Source: Bacillales bacterium
GTDB taxonomy: Bacteria; Bacillota_I; Bacilli_A; RFN20; CAG-826
Assembly (NCBI GenBank): GCA_016287465.1
Contig: JAEEWP010000001.1
Coordinates: forward strand, 1-53,003
Direction: 5' to 3'
Length of the DNA: 53,003 nt
Part shown: positions 7,149 through 16,056 of the stretch, piece after piece
Layout of the letters: each line of letters starts with the position of its first letter
How positions within the stretch are numbered: the first letter of the stretch is position 1
Program-made: the position numbers and the translations under genes
The notes under the pieces: model-generated
Seen by the model: only the letters and a program-made list of their open reading frames with translations
Databases searched by the model: none
Told to the model about the DNA's origin: nothing

Positions 7149-8528
7149 TTAGAAGGAAGCGGTGAATTCGTTCCACATCTTGTAGAGGGCGGCATTGCCT
7201 TCAGCGCCGAAGTCCTTCATGATCGCGCATCTGTTGATGGTCTCTTTGGATGGGTACTGGGCATCGAACTGACGGCCTCTTTCCTCACTTGGGATAAGGA
7301 TCTTGGCCTCTTCGCCTTCTGCGAGGGTTCCTTCGAAGAAGTAGGAAAGGTCGCATTCGTCGCATTCTTCCTCAGAGTATTCCTCTGGGTCGGCTTCGTA
7401 CCAGTCTTTGACGGTTTCCCAGATGGCCTCACCGGCGATTGGGGATGTGTAGCCGACGGCTTCCATGTTCTTGGCGGCCACTTCTGGGTCGGCAAGGAAG
7501 TCAAGGAAGGCTTTGGCGGCTTCGACGTTGGCGCCTTTTGGCATGCACCAGCCATCGAACCAGACGTTGGAACCTTCTTCTGGAATCTCATAGGCAAGGG
7601 TGACTGGTTTAGCGGCGGCTTCGGCCTCATCCATCGAGAAGACGCTGTCACCGGACCAGGCTAAGTTGGCGTAGATGTTGCCAAGGACCATATCGGATTT
7701 GCCTTCGTCGACCTCGAGGGTGACGTTCTCGGTGAGTTCGGAAAGAGCGGCTTTGACTTTGGCGATGGTCTCGGAGTCGTGTCTATTGAAGATCTCAGAG
7801 AGGGCATCGTTATAGGCCTTGTCGGTCAAAGTGCCGGCTTCATGCTGTTCTTTGAGGGAGATGGTCTCGTCTTTGTAGACGTGCATGACGGCGGTGAAGT
7901 AAGTATCACGGACGGAATCCTTGATGGTGATTTTCTTCTTAAGGCTATTGCCTTTGAGGTCATTGCCTGGATTCCACTGGAAGTCCCAGGTTGAGACCTG
8001 CTCTTGGGAGACGTATTCAGGGTTGTAGGTGTAACCCATGGTTCCCCAGAAATATGGGACAGCGAAGTCGCTGAGCTCATTGTCATTGAAGAGGTTCTTG
8101 ATGTATGGGGAAGTGTTGTTGTTGACGTTCTCAAGGCCTTCGGTGTACTTCTTGGTGGTCTTGTCATAGCCAAAAGATTCGAGCATGCCTTCGCTTTGCA
8201 TCTTCTGAATCATGTAGTCGGATGGGCAGCAAAGGTCGGCTTTGACGAGTCTCTTGCTGATCTTGGTGTACATGGTCTCGTTGGTGTCGAAGGTGATGTA
8301 GTTGACTTTGATCTTCTGGCCTTCGTGGCTTTCGGCGTAGGCTTTCTCGAAAGCGAGGATGGTTGAATCCTCAAGTGGGTTGCCCTTCTCGTCGACGCCT
8401 TCGTAGATGTAGTCTTCCCAGTTGTAGACGTTGAGGGTGATGGTGCCGTCGCCGGCATCGCCGCAGCTAGCGAGTCCGCCTAAGCTCATGAGTGCGGACA
8501 TAGCTAAGATGAGTGCGCTTTTTTTCAT
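7149..8528 (-). CDS. potD: spermidine/putrescine ABC transporter substrate-binding lipoprotein
   Basis: 459 aa with signal peptide and lipobox LASCGD, PotD-like periplasmic-binding-protein content, and last position in the potABCD order. GGAGG RBS. Confidence 0.88.
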   Translation of the reverse strand: MKKSALILAMSALMSLGGLASCGDAGDGTITLNVYNWEDYIYEGVDEKGNPLEDSTILAFEKAYAESHEGQKIKVNYITFDTNETMYTKISKRLVKADLCCPSDYMIQKMQSEGMLESFGYDKTTKKYTEGLENVNNNTSPYIKNLFNDNELSDFAVPYFWGTMGYTYNPEYVSQEQVSTWDFQWNPGNDLKGNSLKKKITIKDSVRDTYFTAVMHVYKDETISLKEQHEAGTLTDKAYNDALSEIFNRHDSETIAKVKAALSELTENVTLEVDEGKSDMVLGNIYANLAWSGDSVFSMDEAEAAAKPVTLAYEIPEEGSNVWFDGWCMPKGANVEAAKAFLDFLADPEVAAKNMEAVGYTSPIAGEAIWETVKDWYEADPEEYSEEECDECDLSYFFEGTLAEGEEAKILIPSEERGRQFDAQYPSKETINRCAIMKDFGAEGNAALYKMWNEFTASF

Positions 8529-8548
8529 TTCTAATTCCTCCTATAAAA

Positions 8549-9439
8549 TTAGATTTTTTTCGCTTTGCGATTATTTACTATCGTGTAGCCGATCATGACT
8601 GCAACGATGAGTACGAAGATAAGGGTCGTGAAGGATCTGATCTGGATTGGGATAGCCCCTTTCGCGAGAGTTCCTTGCACGTAGGTCGAGATGGTCTGGA
8701 AATCCATGCCTTCCGACGGTTTGGTGAATTCGGTGATGACAAAGTCATCAAGGGAGAGCGTCATTGAGATCATGAAGCCCGAGAAGATGCCTGGAAGGAG
8801 ATCTGGGATCATGACTTTGAAGAGAGCGCCTGCCCTGCTTGCGCCAAGGTCCATCGCGGCCTCATAGAGGGATGGGTCCATCTGCTCAAGCTTCGGCTGG
8901 ACGTTGATGACCACGAACGGGATCGTGAGGACCATATGGCCGATGATGAGGGAGAAGGCGGAGGTTGGGAGATTAAGCCAGGCGAAGAGGATGCATAGCG
9001 ATAAGGCCATGACGATCTCGGCGTTGACGATCGGGATTTCGTTTGCGAAATTGAAGACCGCTTTGAACTTCTTGCCAAGGTAATGCATGCCGATGGCACC
9101 GGCAGTTCCTAGAACTGTGGAGAGAATTGAGGCAACAACGGCGACCCAAACGGTGTTCCAAGTCGCGTTCCAGATATCCTGGGCGAAGACGTTCTTGCCA
9201 TTGAAGAGGGTGCTATAGCAATCGAAGTTGAGACCGTTCCATTTACCGATGACTTTGGAGTCGGTGAAGCTATAGAGGATGAGATACATGATCGGGAGAT
9301 ACATGACAAGAAGCATGATCCACACGAAGGTAAGGGCCACCGCTTTCTTGGCTTTCTCCCCTTTCTCTCTTCTTTGAAGAGAACGGTTGGTCTCTTCCAT
9401 CGCCGTGTTAGGAGTATTCATAACAAGTTCTTTTTCCAT
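8549..9439 (-). CDS. potC: spermidine/putrescine ABC transporter permease
   Basis: 296 aa, 6 TM helices, EAA-type loop (YEAAMDLGASRAGALFKV). Third gene of the pot operon. Confidence 0.9.
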   Translation of the reverse strand: MEKELVMNTPNTAMEETNRSLQRREKGEKAKKAVALTFVWIMLLVMYLPIMYLILYSFTDSKVIGKWNGLNFDCYSTLFNGKNVFAQDIWNATWNTVWVAVVASILSTVLGTAGAIGMHYLGKKFKAVFNFANEIPIVNAEIVMALSLCILFAWLNLPTSAFSLIIGHMVLTIPFVVINVQPKLEQMDPSLYEAAMDLGASRAGALFKVMIPDLLPGIFSGFMISMTLSLDDFVITEFTKPSEGMDFQTISTYVQGTLAKGAIPIQIRSFTTLIFVLIVAVMIGYTIVNNRKAKKI

Positions 9440-9441
9440 TG

Positions 9442-10269
9442 TTACCTGGCTCCTTTCTTCTTCTCACTGAAGAAATTCTCGAAGACGACGGAAAGTCCGA
9501 TGAGGGCGAGCATGATGATGGCGTAAACGCTGCCAACATTAAGCTGGGAATGTAAGAATTGGTGCTCAATCTGACCACCGATGAGCTTGATGGTACGGCC
9601 GGACAAGGCATCGGTGATGACGTAAGAGGACATGGTCGGCATGAAGGTCATCGTGGCCGCGGAGACGATTCCAGGGATTGTCATCGGGACGATGGTCTTG
9701 AAGAAGACCTGGACTGGGGAGGCGCCTAAGTCGGCAGCCGCCTCAATCTGGCTCTTATCGAGTTTGAGCATCGTGTTATAGAGAGGGAGTATGGCAAATG
9801 GGAGGTAGTTATAGACCATGCCGATGATGGAGCAGATCCATGGATGCATGGCAGGATCGAGACCGAAGAAGATAAGAAGCTGCTTTGTGGCAACGGTCCT
9901 GATGACGAAGTTGATCCACATCGGGAGAAGGAAAAGATAGACAAGAACAACGTTCTTGTTGAACTTCGAATTCGCAAGGATATAGGCGATCGGATAGGCA
10001 ATGAGGATGCAGATGACGGTCGTAAGGGCCGCAACGCCTAAGGACTGTCCGATGACTTTGAAGGTCGTTCCACTGCTATCTGGCGAGAAAACGTCAATGA
10101 AGTTATTCAAGGTGAAATGACCGTCTGCATCGCTGAAGGCATAGCAGAAGATGAGAAGGATCGGAAGGATGATGAAGAGGATGAGGAAAATGCCGTATGG
10201 CATGCAAAGCCATTTGCGGTTTTCGCGCATCACTCCTTTGTTCTTCGGTAAAGTTCTGGTTGCTTCCAT
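9442..10269 (-). CDS. potB: spermidine/putrescine ABC transporter permease
   Basis: 275 aa, 6 TM helices, EAA loop (IEAAADLGASPVQVFFK). Second gene of the pot operon. Confidence 0.9.
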   Translation of the reverse strand: MEATRTLPKNKGVMRENRKWLCMPYGIFLILFIILPILLIFCYAFSDADGHFTLNNFIDVFSPDSSGTTFKVIGQSLGVAALTTVICILIAYPIAYILANSKFNKNVVLVYLFLLPMWINFVIRTVATKQLLIFFGLDPAMHPWICSIIGMVYNYLPFAILPLYNTMLKLDKSQIEAAADLGASPVQVFFKTIVPMTIPGIVSAATMTFMPTMSSYVITDALSGRTIKLIGGQIEHQFLHSQLNVGSVYAIIMLALIGLSVVFENFFSEKKKGAR

Positions 10270-10274
10270 TTCGT

Positions 10275-11822
10275 TTACCTACCACCCTTGAGTTTGACTT
10301 CGACGCCGCCCTCTTTGAGGACGAGGGAGACGTTGTCGCCGATATTCCAGAGGTCTGGGGTGTTGATGATGAACTCCTCATCGACATCCTGATTCCAGAC
10401 AGTTACTTCGTAATGGTCGCCAAGGTAGATCATGTTGATGATCTCGCCATGGAGGTCAGAGGCATTTGGATCGTCGGAGAGTTCGATATCGTCGAAACCG
10501 ACTTCGACGGAGACCTGAAGGCCTTCGACATCCCTTTCCTCACCCTTATCGTTGATGAGAGTTCCTTCTTCGCTAAGGTGGTAGCCTGGGAAGAGCTTAA
10601 GGACATCGAAATTCGCATGGATACCAGCAAAGCTGACATGGCAGTGTTTGGTAAGATGGCCGTCGTAGTAGTTGGAAGTGAATGGCTTCTTCATGATCTG
10701 GATGTTCTCCGGATCGACGGAAAGGCCGACGATGCTTTCTTCTTCGTAGTTCTTGGTGGACTGAGCGATCATCTCGTTCTTTCCAACCATCGTGATGTAT
10801 TCGTAATGCATGCCTTTGAAGATCTTGGAAACGATCTTGGCATTGACGGTGCCTTTGTCTTTGGCACTGATGATGACGTCCTCTGGACGAATGACGACGT
10901 CAACCTTCTCGTTGAGGGCGAATTTGCCTTCGTCGGCTGGGTCGCTGTCGAAGGAGGCGCCTAAGAATTTGATCTTGTTCCCCTTCTGCACCGTTCCGGT
11001 GAAGATCGAGGATTCGCCGATGAAGTCAGCGACGAAAGCGTTCTTTGGCTCGTCGTAGATCTCTTTTGGAGTGCCAACCTGCTGGATTTCGCCATCAGAC
11101 ATAACGACGATGGTGTCAGACATGGTGAGGGCCTCTTCCTGGTCGTGGGTGACGTAGATGAAAGTGATGCCAAGCTTTTTGTGCATGGCCTTGAGTTCAA
11201 GCTGCATCTCCTTCCTCATCTTGAGGTCGAGAGCGCCTAAAGGCTCATCGAGGAGAAGGATCTCTGGCTCATTGACGATGGCACGGGCGATGGCGATTCT
11301 TTGCTGCTGGCCACCCGAAAGGGTGGAAACCGCTCTCTTTTCGAATCCTTCGAGGTCAACGAGGTTGAGGGCGTATTTGACTTTTGCCCTGATTTCGTCT
11401 TTGGTGAGCTTCCTTTTGGCGTAGAGCTGATTGCCATTCTCATCGAGGATTGGATTGCCTTCTTTGTCCTTGAGAGGCTTGGTTAAATCATCGACCCTCT
11501 TGTACTGAAGGCCGAAAGCGATGTTCTTGTAGATATTGAGATGGGTGAAGAGGGCGTAACGCTGGAAGACGGTGTTGATTGGTCTCTTGTATGGTGGGAT
11601 GAGGGAAATGTCCTGACCATTGAGGAGGATCTGACCGCTTGTTGGCATGTCGAATCCGGCGATCATTCTGAGGGTGGTTGTCTTGCCACATCCGGAAGGA
11701 CCAAGGAAGGTGACGAACTCACCTCTTTTGATATCGAGATTGAAGTCATCCACAGCGGTGAAAGACTTGTCGAAGACCTTGCAGACATTCTTCAAGGAAA
11801 TGATTGTGTTCTCAGCGTTCAT
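10275..11822 (-). CDS. potA: spermidine/putrescine ABC transporter ATPase, extended form
   Basis: Walker A GPSGCGKTT, Q-loop VFQRYALF, signature LSGGQQQR, Walker B ILLLDEPL, H-loop YVTHDQ. I place the start at MNAENTIISLKNV (ATG 11820-11822, GGAGG 6 nt upstream). The track ORF extension to 12005 looks non-coding. Confidence 0.9.
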   Translation of the reverse strand: MNAENTIISLKNVCKVFDKSFTAVDDFNLDIKRGEFVTFLGPSGCGKTTTLRMIAGFDMPTSGQILLNGQDISLIPPYKRPINTVFQRYALFTHLNIYKNIAFGLQYKRVDDLTKPLKDKEGNPILDENGNQLYAKRKLTKDEIRAKVKYALNLVDLEGFEKRAVSTLSGGQQQRIAIARAIVNEPEILLLDEPLGALDLKMRKEMQLELKAMHKKLGITFIYVTHDQEEALTMSDTIVVMSDGEIQQVGTPKEIYDEPKNAFVADFIGESSIFTGTVQKGNKIKFLGASFDSDPADEGKFALNEKVDVVIRPEDVIISAKDKGTVNAKIVSKIFKGMHYEYITMVGKNEMIAQSTKNYEEESIVGLSVDPENIQIMKKPFTSNYYDGHLTKHCHVSFAGIHANFDVLKLFPGYHLSEEGTLINDKGEERDVEGLQVSVEVGFDDIELSDDPNASDLHGEIINMIYLGDHYEVTVWNQDVDEEFIINTPDLWNIGDNVSLVLKEGGVEVKLKGGR

Positions 11823-12236
11823 TTTCGTGCCTCCATACCCTCTTAGAAACAGGATAACGAATGCCAGTAATTCCCCTCTTGAAAAGAGGTAGGAAACTTG
11901 ACGCGAAAAATAATGCATTAAAAGGACACAAAAAACAACAAAATTTTTCACACTTTTTTCAGTATTTTTTTCGTGATGGTTTTTGAAAAAATCAAAAGTG
12001 GACATTTTGTGGGACTTATCGAAGTTTCCCTAGCATTTTTTAAGGTGAAATTTTTTTGATTTTTTTCGAAATTTTTCGGTGTGGTTTTCACTCAAAAAAA
12101 CTGTGTCGGTTTTTCGCACCAATTTTTGGGGTCATTTTCGGGGGTGTTTTTTGGGGTTCGCGCGTGCGCGCAACCATATTTTATGCAATTCTTAAGGGGC
12201 TTTTTTTACTCTGGCGTTTTCACTAAAATAATAGGC

Positions 12237-13331
12237 ATGAAAAAACGTTTTTTATTCTGTGCCGTTTTGACTTCCCTGAGTCTTCTTTCCGGATGCCAAA
12301 AAGAGGAAGCTCCACTTATCAATATCACCTTCGGGAAACTATACGATTCCTCTCTTGAGGAGACCATCGAAAACCATCTCGTTACGGTCACTCATTCAGA
12401 GCTTACTTCATTAGTCTCTGAGAAGAAGGAATTCATCCTTCTCATCTATGACAAAAACAACACCTGCACCTGCTGGGAAGAGTTCGAGAAGACCATCCTT
12501 TCCTTCGTCAAAAGGAAGAACGCGTTGATCTACGCGATCGCCCCTACCGAGTTCGACGGAGGGCATGAGGCATTCGGTCTCAACATCGCTAAAAACGAAG
12601 AGACCATCGCGATTTTCGAGGATGGCGAAGTCAAACATCAGAAGACCACAAGCGGCGATAAAGATGGGTTCATGAAGGAAGAGAAATTCGCTAACTGGCT
12701 TAATGAGAGAGTCCACTTCTCGAAGATGCTTTATGTGAACGTGATCCAATATTTCGCCCTTTTCAATAAAGGCGAGCAGTTCACAGTTGGCTATCTTAGA
12801 AGCTCCTGTCCAGATTGCTCATATGTCGAGGATGCCGTCCTTTCCTCTTTCAACGCGAAAGACAACAACGTCTCATATGTCATCGATTGCGATGTCGATG
12901 GCATCAGACTCATGAACGGCGAATACGATGAAGAGCAATGGAACTATTTCAAAGAGGCCTCCGGTCTATCCTCTAGCGGAAGCGAGGATTTCGGATATGG
13001 CCAAGGCTATGTCCCGTCCTTCTACACCTATGCCGGATTCCGTTCCGCTACAATAGACGAACGCATTGCAGACGCTGTCGTTTATCTTAATGACAAGATC
13101 GAGAAAAACCCCGAAACAGGCGAATACTATGTGGCCGATTCTTTCTTCACGGAAGAAAGGGAAATTGTCCTTGGTTTCTTAGGCAACGCGAAGGTTGAGA
13201 CAACCGTCTTAAAGGGAATGAAAATACCTGCTGAGGATATCGAAAACGGAAACTGGAAAAAGAGCGCAGCCGCGAAATACCATAACCCTCTTCTTGAGGC
13301 TTACTTAACCGCTTACGTAGGTAAGAAATAA
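12237..13331 (+). CDS. hypothetical lipoprotein with two thioredoxin-fold-like modules (CTC and CPDC motifs)
   Basis: Start taken at MKKRFLFCAVLTSLSLLSGCQ (lipobox LSGC). The track ORF from 12081 adds an implausible Phe/Gly-rich leader. Motifs seen: NNTCTCWEEFE and SSCPDCSYVED. Confidence 0.72.
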   Translation: MKKRFLFCAVLTSLSLLSGCQKEEAPLINITFGKLYDSSLEETIENHLVTVTHSELTSLVSEKKEFILLIYDKNNTCTCWEEFEKTILSFVKRKNALIYAIAPTEFDGGHEAFGLNIAKNEETIAIFEDGEVKHQKTTSGDKDGFMKEEKFANWLNERVHFSKMLYVNVIQYFALFNKGEQFTVGYLRSSCPDCSYVEDAVLSSFNAKDNNVSYVIDCDVDGIRLMNGEYDEEQWNYFKEASGLSSSGSEDFGYGQGYVPSFYTYAGFRSATIDERIADAVVYLNDKIEKNPETGEYYVADSFFTEEREIVLGFLGNAKVETTVLKGMKIPAEDIENGNWKKSAAAKYHNPLLEAYLTAYVGKK

Positions 13332-13387
13332 GAAAATCCCAATAGAAAACCCCTTTCTTTCGTTAAATTTGTGAACGGAGTTTTCAA

Positions 13388-14089
13388 ATGAACCCTTTTG
13401 CTAGCGTTTTCCAGCTTTTTTCCGGTAACACGGTTATTGCTTTTTTCATTGCCTTTGGCGTGGCTTTGCTAATTGGCATCGCAATGGCTTTCACCTACAA
13501 AGCCGTCAAGAAAGGCGAGGTTTACACCAAATTCATGCCGATCGCGATGATCGTCTTACCTTTGGTAATGACCTCTCTTATCGGTCTTATCAACATGCGT
13601 AACATCGAAATCGAGTCCGAAGGCTATGTCAGAGTCGCCCTCGTCGTGAGCGCAGGCATCGCCTTAACCCGTTTCAGAAGCGACAAGCTCTCGATGATTG
13701 ATATGGTCTATCTCATCGTCGCTTCCGCCCTTGGTATCGTCCTTGGTATTGGCTACGTCATCTACCCAATCATCATCGCTATCGTCGTCATTGCCATCAT
13801 GCTCATCGCCCATAAGATGAAATTCGGCGAAAACAAAGACGGTGTGTACACTCTCAAATACCAAGTTGGCGAAGATCTTGCTAACACTGAAGTCTTTGAA
13901 GAGGCTATTTCAAAGCACTGCTCCACCTATAATATGCAGAGCGTCCGCACCATCGAATACGGCCAGCTTTACGAAGTAAGATATAACGTCACCCTTAAGA
14001 AAGACGCTTCCATCAAAGCCCTTATCGATGAGGTAAGGATGCATAACGCTAACCTCAATGTCACCGTGCTCATAAGCGAAAAGAACTAA
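13388..14089 (+). CDS. DUF4956-like polytopic membrane protein
   Basis: 233 aa with 4-5 TM helices. It has the central ALTRFRSDKLSMIDMVYLIVASALGIVLGIG motif I associate with DUF4956, and a soluble C-terminal alpha/beta tail. The stop is 1 nt before the next ATG. Confidence 0.72.
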   Translation: MNPFASVFQLFSGNTVIAFFIAFGVALLIGIAMAFTYKAVKKGEVYTKFMPIAMIVLPLVMTSLIGLINMRNIEIESEGYVRVALVVSAGIALTRFRSDKLSMIDMVYLIVASALGIVLGIGYVIYPIIIAIVVIAIMLIAHKMKFGENKDGVYTLKYQVGEDLANTEVFEEAISKHCSTYNMQSVRTIEYGQLYEVRYNVTLKKDASIKALIDEVRMHNANLNVTVLISEKN

Positions 14090-14090
14090 C

Positions 14091-14825
14091 ATGGCTATCA
14101 ATTCCGGCAACTCCTTCTGTCGAATCGAGAATAAATACATCATCCCTCTTGAGAAACTGCCTCTTTTGATTGAGGCCATTTCCGAGCATGTCGAATATGA
14201 CAAGTTCGCAAAAGAAAAGGGATCCTACCAGGTCAATTCCATCTATTTCGACAATATCTATGGCGATATCCATAACAGAAACATCGCCAAACCGAAGTTC
14301 AAAGAGAAGCTCCGTCTAAGGTCCTATGGAGGAGATAAACCTATCTTCTTCTTAGAGTTCAAAGACAAGGTATTCAAGGATGTGTACAAAAGACGCATCT
14401 ACCTCAGCAAAGAAGAGGTTGATGCATTTGTCAATGATGGTGTTTTCCCTCCGAAGAACGGAGACCCAAAACACGACGAATTCATCGATGAGCTCGCTAT
14501 TTTCAAGGAAAGATATAGAGGTTCGATCGTCCCTAATACCATCATGCAGTATGATAGGGTCGCCTATATGAATAAGCCTGGCGAAGACTACCTCAGATTG
14601 ACTGTTGATAGAGACATTCGTTACAGAAGAGAGAACTTCGAAATCAACAAAATCGGCGGCAAATCCCTCCTAAAAGAAGGATATGGCATCCTTGAGATCA
14701 AGTTCATTGGAGCAATGCCCCTCTTCGTCGCAAAGGCCCTCAATGATTTAGGGCTCCAAAGGCAGACCTTCTCCAAATTCGGCTCTTCATATCTAAACGA
14801 AGCCAAAGAGGCAAGACTTCTCTAA
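14091..14825 (+). CDS. VTC-domain (polyphosphate polymerase domain / CYTH-like triphosphate tunnel) protein
   Basis: 244 aa with the alternating charged beta-strand pattern of tunnel enzymes: RIENKY, SIYFD, KLRLRSY, FLEFK, KRRIYL, RLTVDRDIRYR, ILEIKF, SKF. Confidence 0.78.
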   Translation: MAINSGNSFCRIENKYIIPLEKLPLLIEAISEHVEYDKFAKEKGSYQVNSIYFDNIYGDIHNRNIAKPKFKEKLRLRSYGGDKPIFFLEFKDKVFKDVYKRRIYLSKEEVDAFVNDGVFPPKNGDPKHDEFIDELAIFKERYRGSIVPNTIMQYDRVAYMNKPGEDYLRLTVDRDIRYRRENFEINKIGGKSLLKEGYGILEIKFIGAMPLFVAKALNDLGLQRQTFSKFGSSYLNEAKEARLL

Positions 14826-14881
14826 AGAGGTTCTTCCTCTTTTTTCTTTTACTCGACCCCTCTAAGTTCGATAATATCCCC

Positions 14882-16000
14882 ATGGCTTACATCCGTAACG
14901 TTTTGTCATCATTAAGAAAGGCTGACCTCGACTTCGCCCTCATCGACGAAGGAGACAGAATCGCCGTTGGGGTATCCGGGGGAAAAGATTCCCTTTGCCT
15001 CCTCAAGGCCCTTTCCATATACACCCTTTACTCAAAGAAGAAATTCACCGTCCACCCTATCTTCCTTGATCTCGGTTTTGACTTCGATAGAAGCGAGATC
15101 AAGAAGCTTGAAAAGTTCGCTAAAGAATGTGGCACAAAACTCTCTGTGGTTGACAGTCGTTTTGTCTTCGATATTCTCAAGGCACATAAGAAACCAGATG
15201 GACATCTCCCTTGCTCGATCTGCTCACGCATGAAGAAAGCGGCGATCAACGCCGAAGCGAAGAGACTCCACTGCAACAAAGTCGCGTTCGCTCATCATAA
15301 TGAGGACTCCATCGAAACTTTATTCATGAATATGGTTCATGGGGGAAGAGTTGCAACCTTTGATCCGAAGATGACTTTAGAGAGAGCGGGAATCACTTTC
15401 ATCAGGCCTCTTATCTACTGCCATGAGTGGTATCTCGTCCATATGGCGGAAGAAGAAAACCTTCCTATCGTTGACACTAAATGCCCTGCTAATAAACATA
15501 CTGAAAGAGAGGTCACCAAAGACTTCGTCAAGAAACTCTACAAAGACCATCCTGAAAGCGTCATGAACCTCCGTAATCTCATGAGCAACCATGAAGCCTT
15601 CAACCTCTATTTCCCGAACATCGAATACGTTCATGAGAAAAAACCTTCTTTGTCTCTCCGTCCAATCATCTCCCCTGAGGACATGAGAGGAACGAAGATC
15701 TCTTCCAAAAAGAAGAAAGAAGGCGAAGTCGATTATCTCGTTTTATGGAACCACAAGAGGGTTGGCGAAGTCTCTTATATGCATCTAAGCGCCCACAAAG
15801 TCCTCCTCTTCAATGTCTCTGGTGAGAAAGAATACGTTAAAGAAGGGATTCCGTTCCTAATGGAGAAGATCTCTGAGAGGGTCAATCCGGTTCATTTCTA
15901 TCTCTATGGCAATAAAGCCTTAGCGAACCTCATGGGCTTCAAAGAAGTAAACGTCGAAGGCAGGAAACCCCCTGCTTACATGATTACGATCAAGAAATAA
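14882..16000 (+). CDS. PP-loop ATPase of the TtcA/tRNA-thiolation type fused to an extra C-terminal domain of about 120 aa
   Basis: SGGKDS PP-loop, CSICSRMKK and CPANKHTER cysteine motifs, AFAHHNED. Residues from about 250 to 372 form an additional domain I do not recognise. Confidence 0.78.
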   Translation: MAYIRNVLSSLRKADLDFALIDEGDRIAVGVSGGKDSLCLLKALSIYTLYSKKKFTVHPIFLDLGFDFDRSEIKKLEKFAKECGTKLSVVDSRFVFDILKAHKKPDGHLPCSICSRMKKAAINAEAKRLHCNKVAFAHHNEDSIETLFMNMVHGGRVATFDPKMTLERAGITFIRPLIYCHEWYLVHMAEEENLPIVDTKCPANKHTEREVTKDFVKKLYKDHPESVMNLRNLMSNHEAFNLYFPNIEYVHEKKPSLSLRPIISPEDMRGTKISSKKKKEGEVDYLVLWNHKRVGEVSYMHLSAHKVLLFNVSGEKEYVKEGIPFLMEKISERVNPVHFYLYGNKALANLMGFKEVNVEGRKPPAYMITIKK

Positions 16001-16009
16001 AAAAGAAAA

Positions 16010-16028
16010 GGATGGCAATTTGCCACCC
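16010..16028. terminator. bidirectional intrinsic terminator between convergent genes
   Basis: GGATGGCA-ATT-TGCCACCC hairpin with an A-rich 5' flank and a T7 3' flank. Confidence 0.6.
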
Positions 16029-16056
16029 TTTTTTTAAAAATCCCTGCGAATTCCGC

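Noticed and set aside
11823-12236. N-terminal ORF extensions suggested by the track: potA to 12005, lipoprotein from 12081, rimP to 24868, lipoprotein to 43959, Fur-family gene from 52090, and the small membrane protein to 29965.
   Set aside because: In each case an internal ATG with a strong GGAGG-type SD starts the recognisable protein (a signal peptide or a conserved N-terminus). The extension is Phe/Gly-rich or overlaps the upstream gene. Several extensions start at GTG or TTG.
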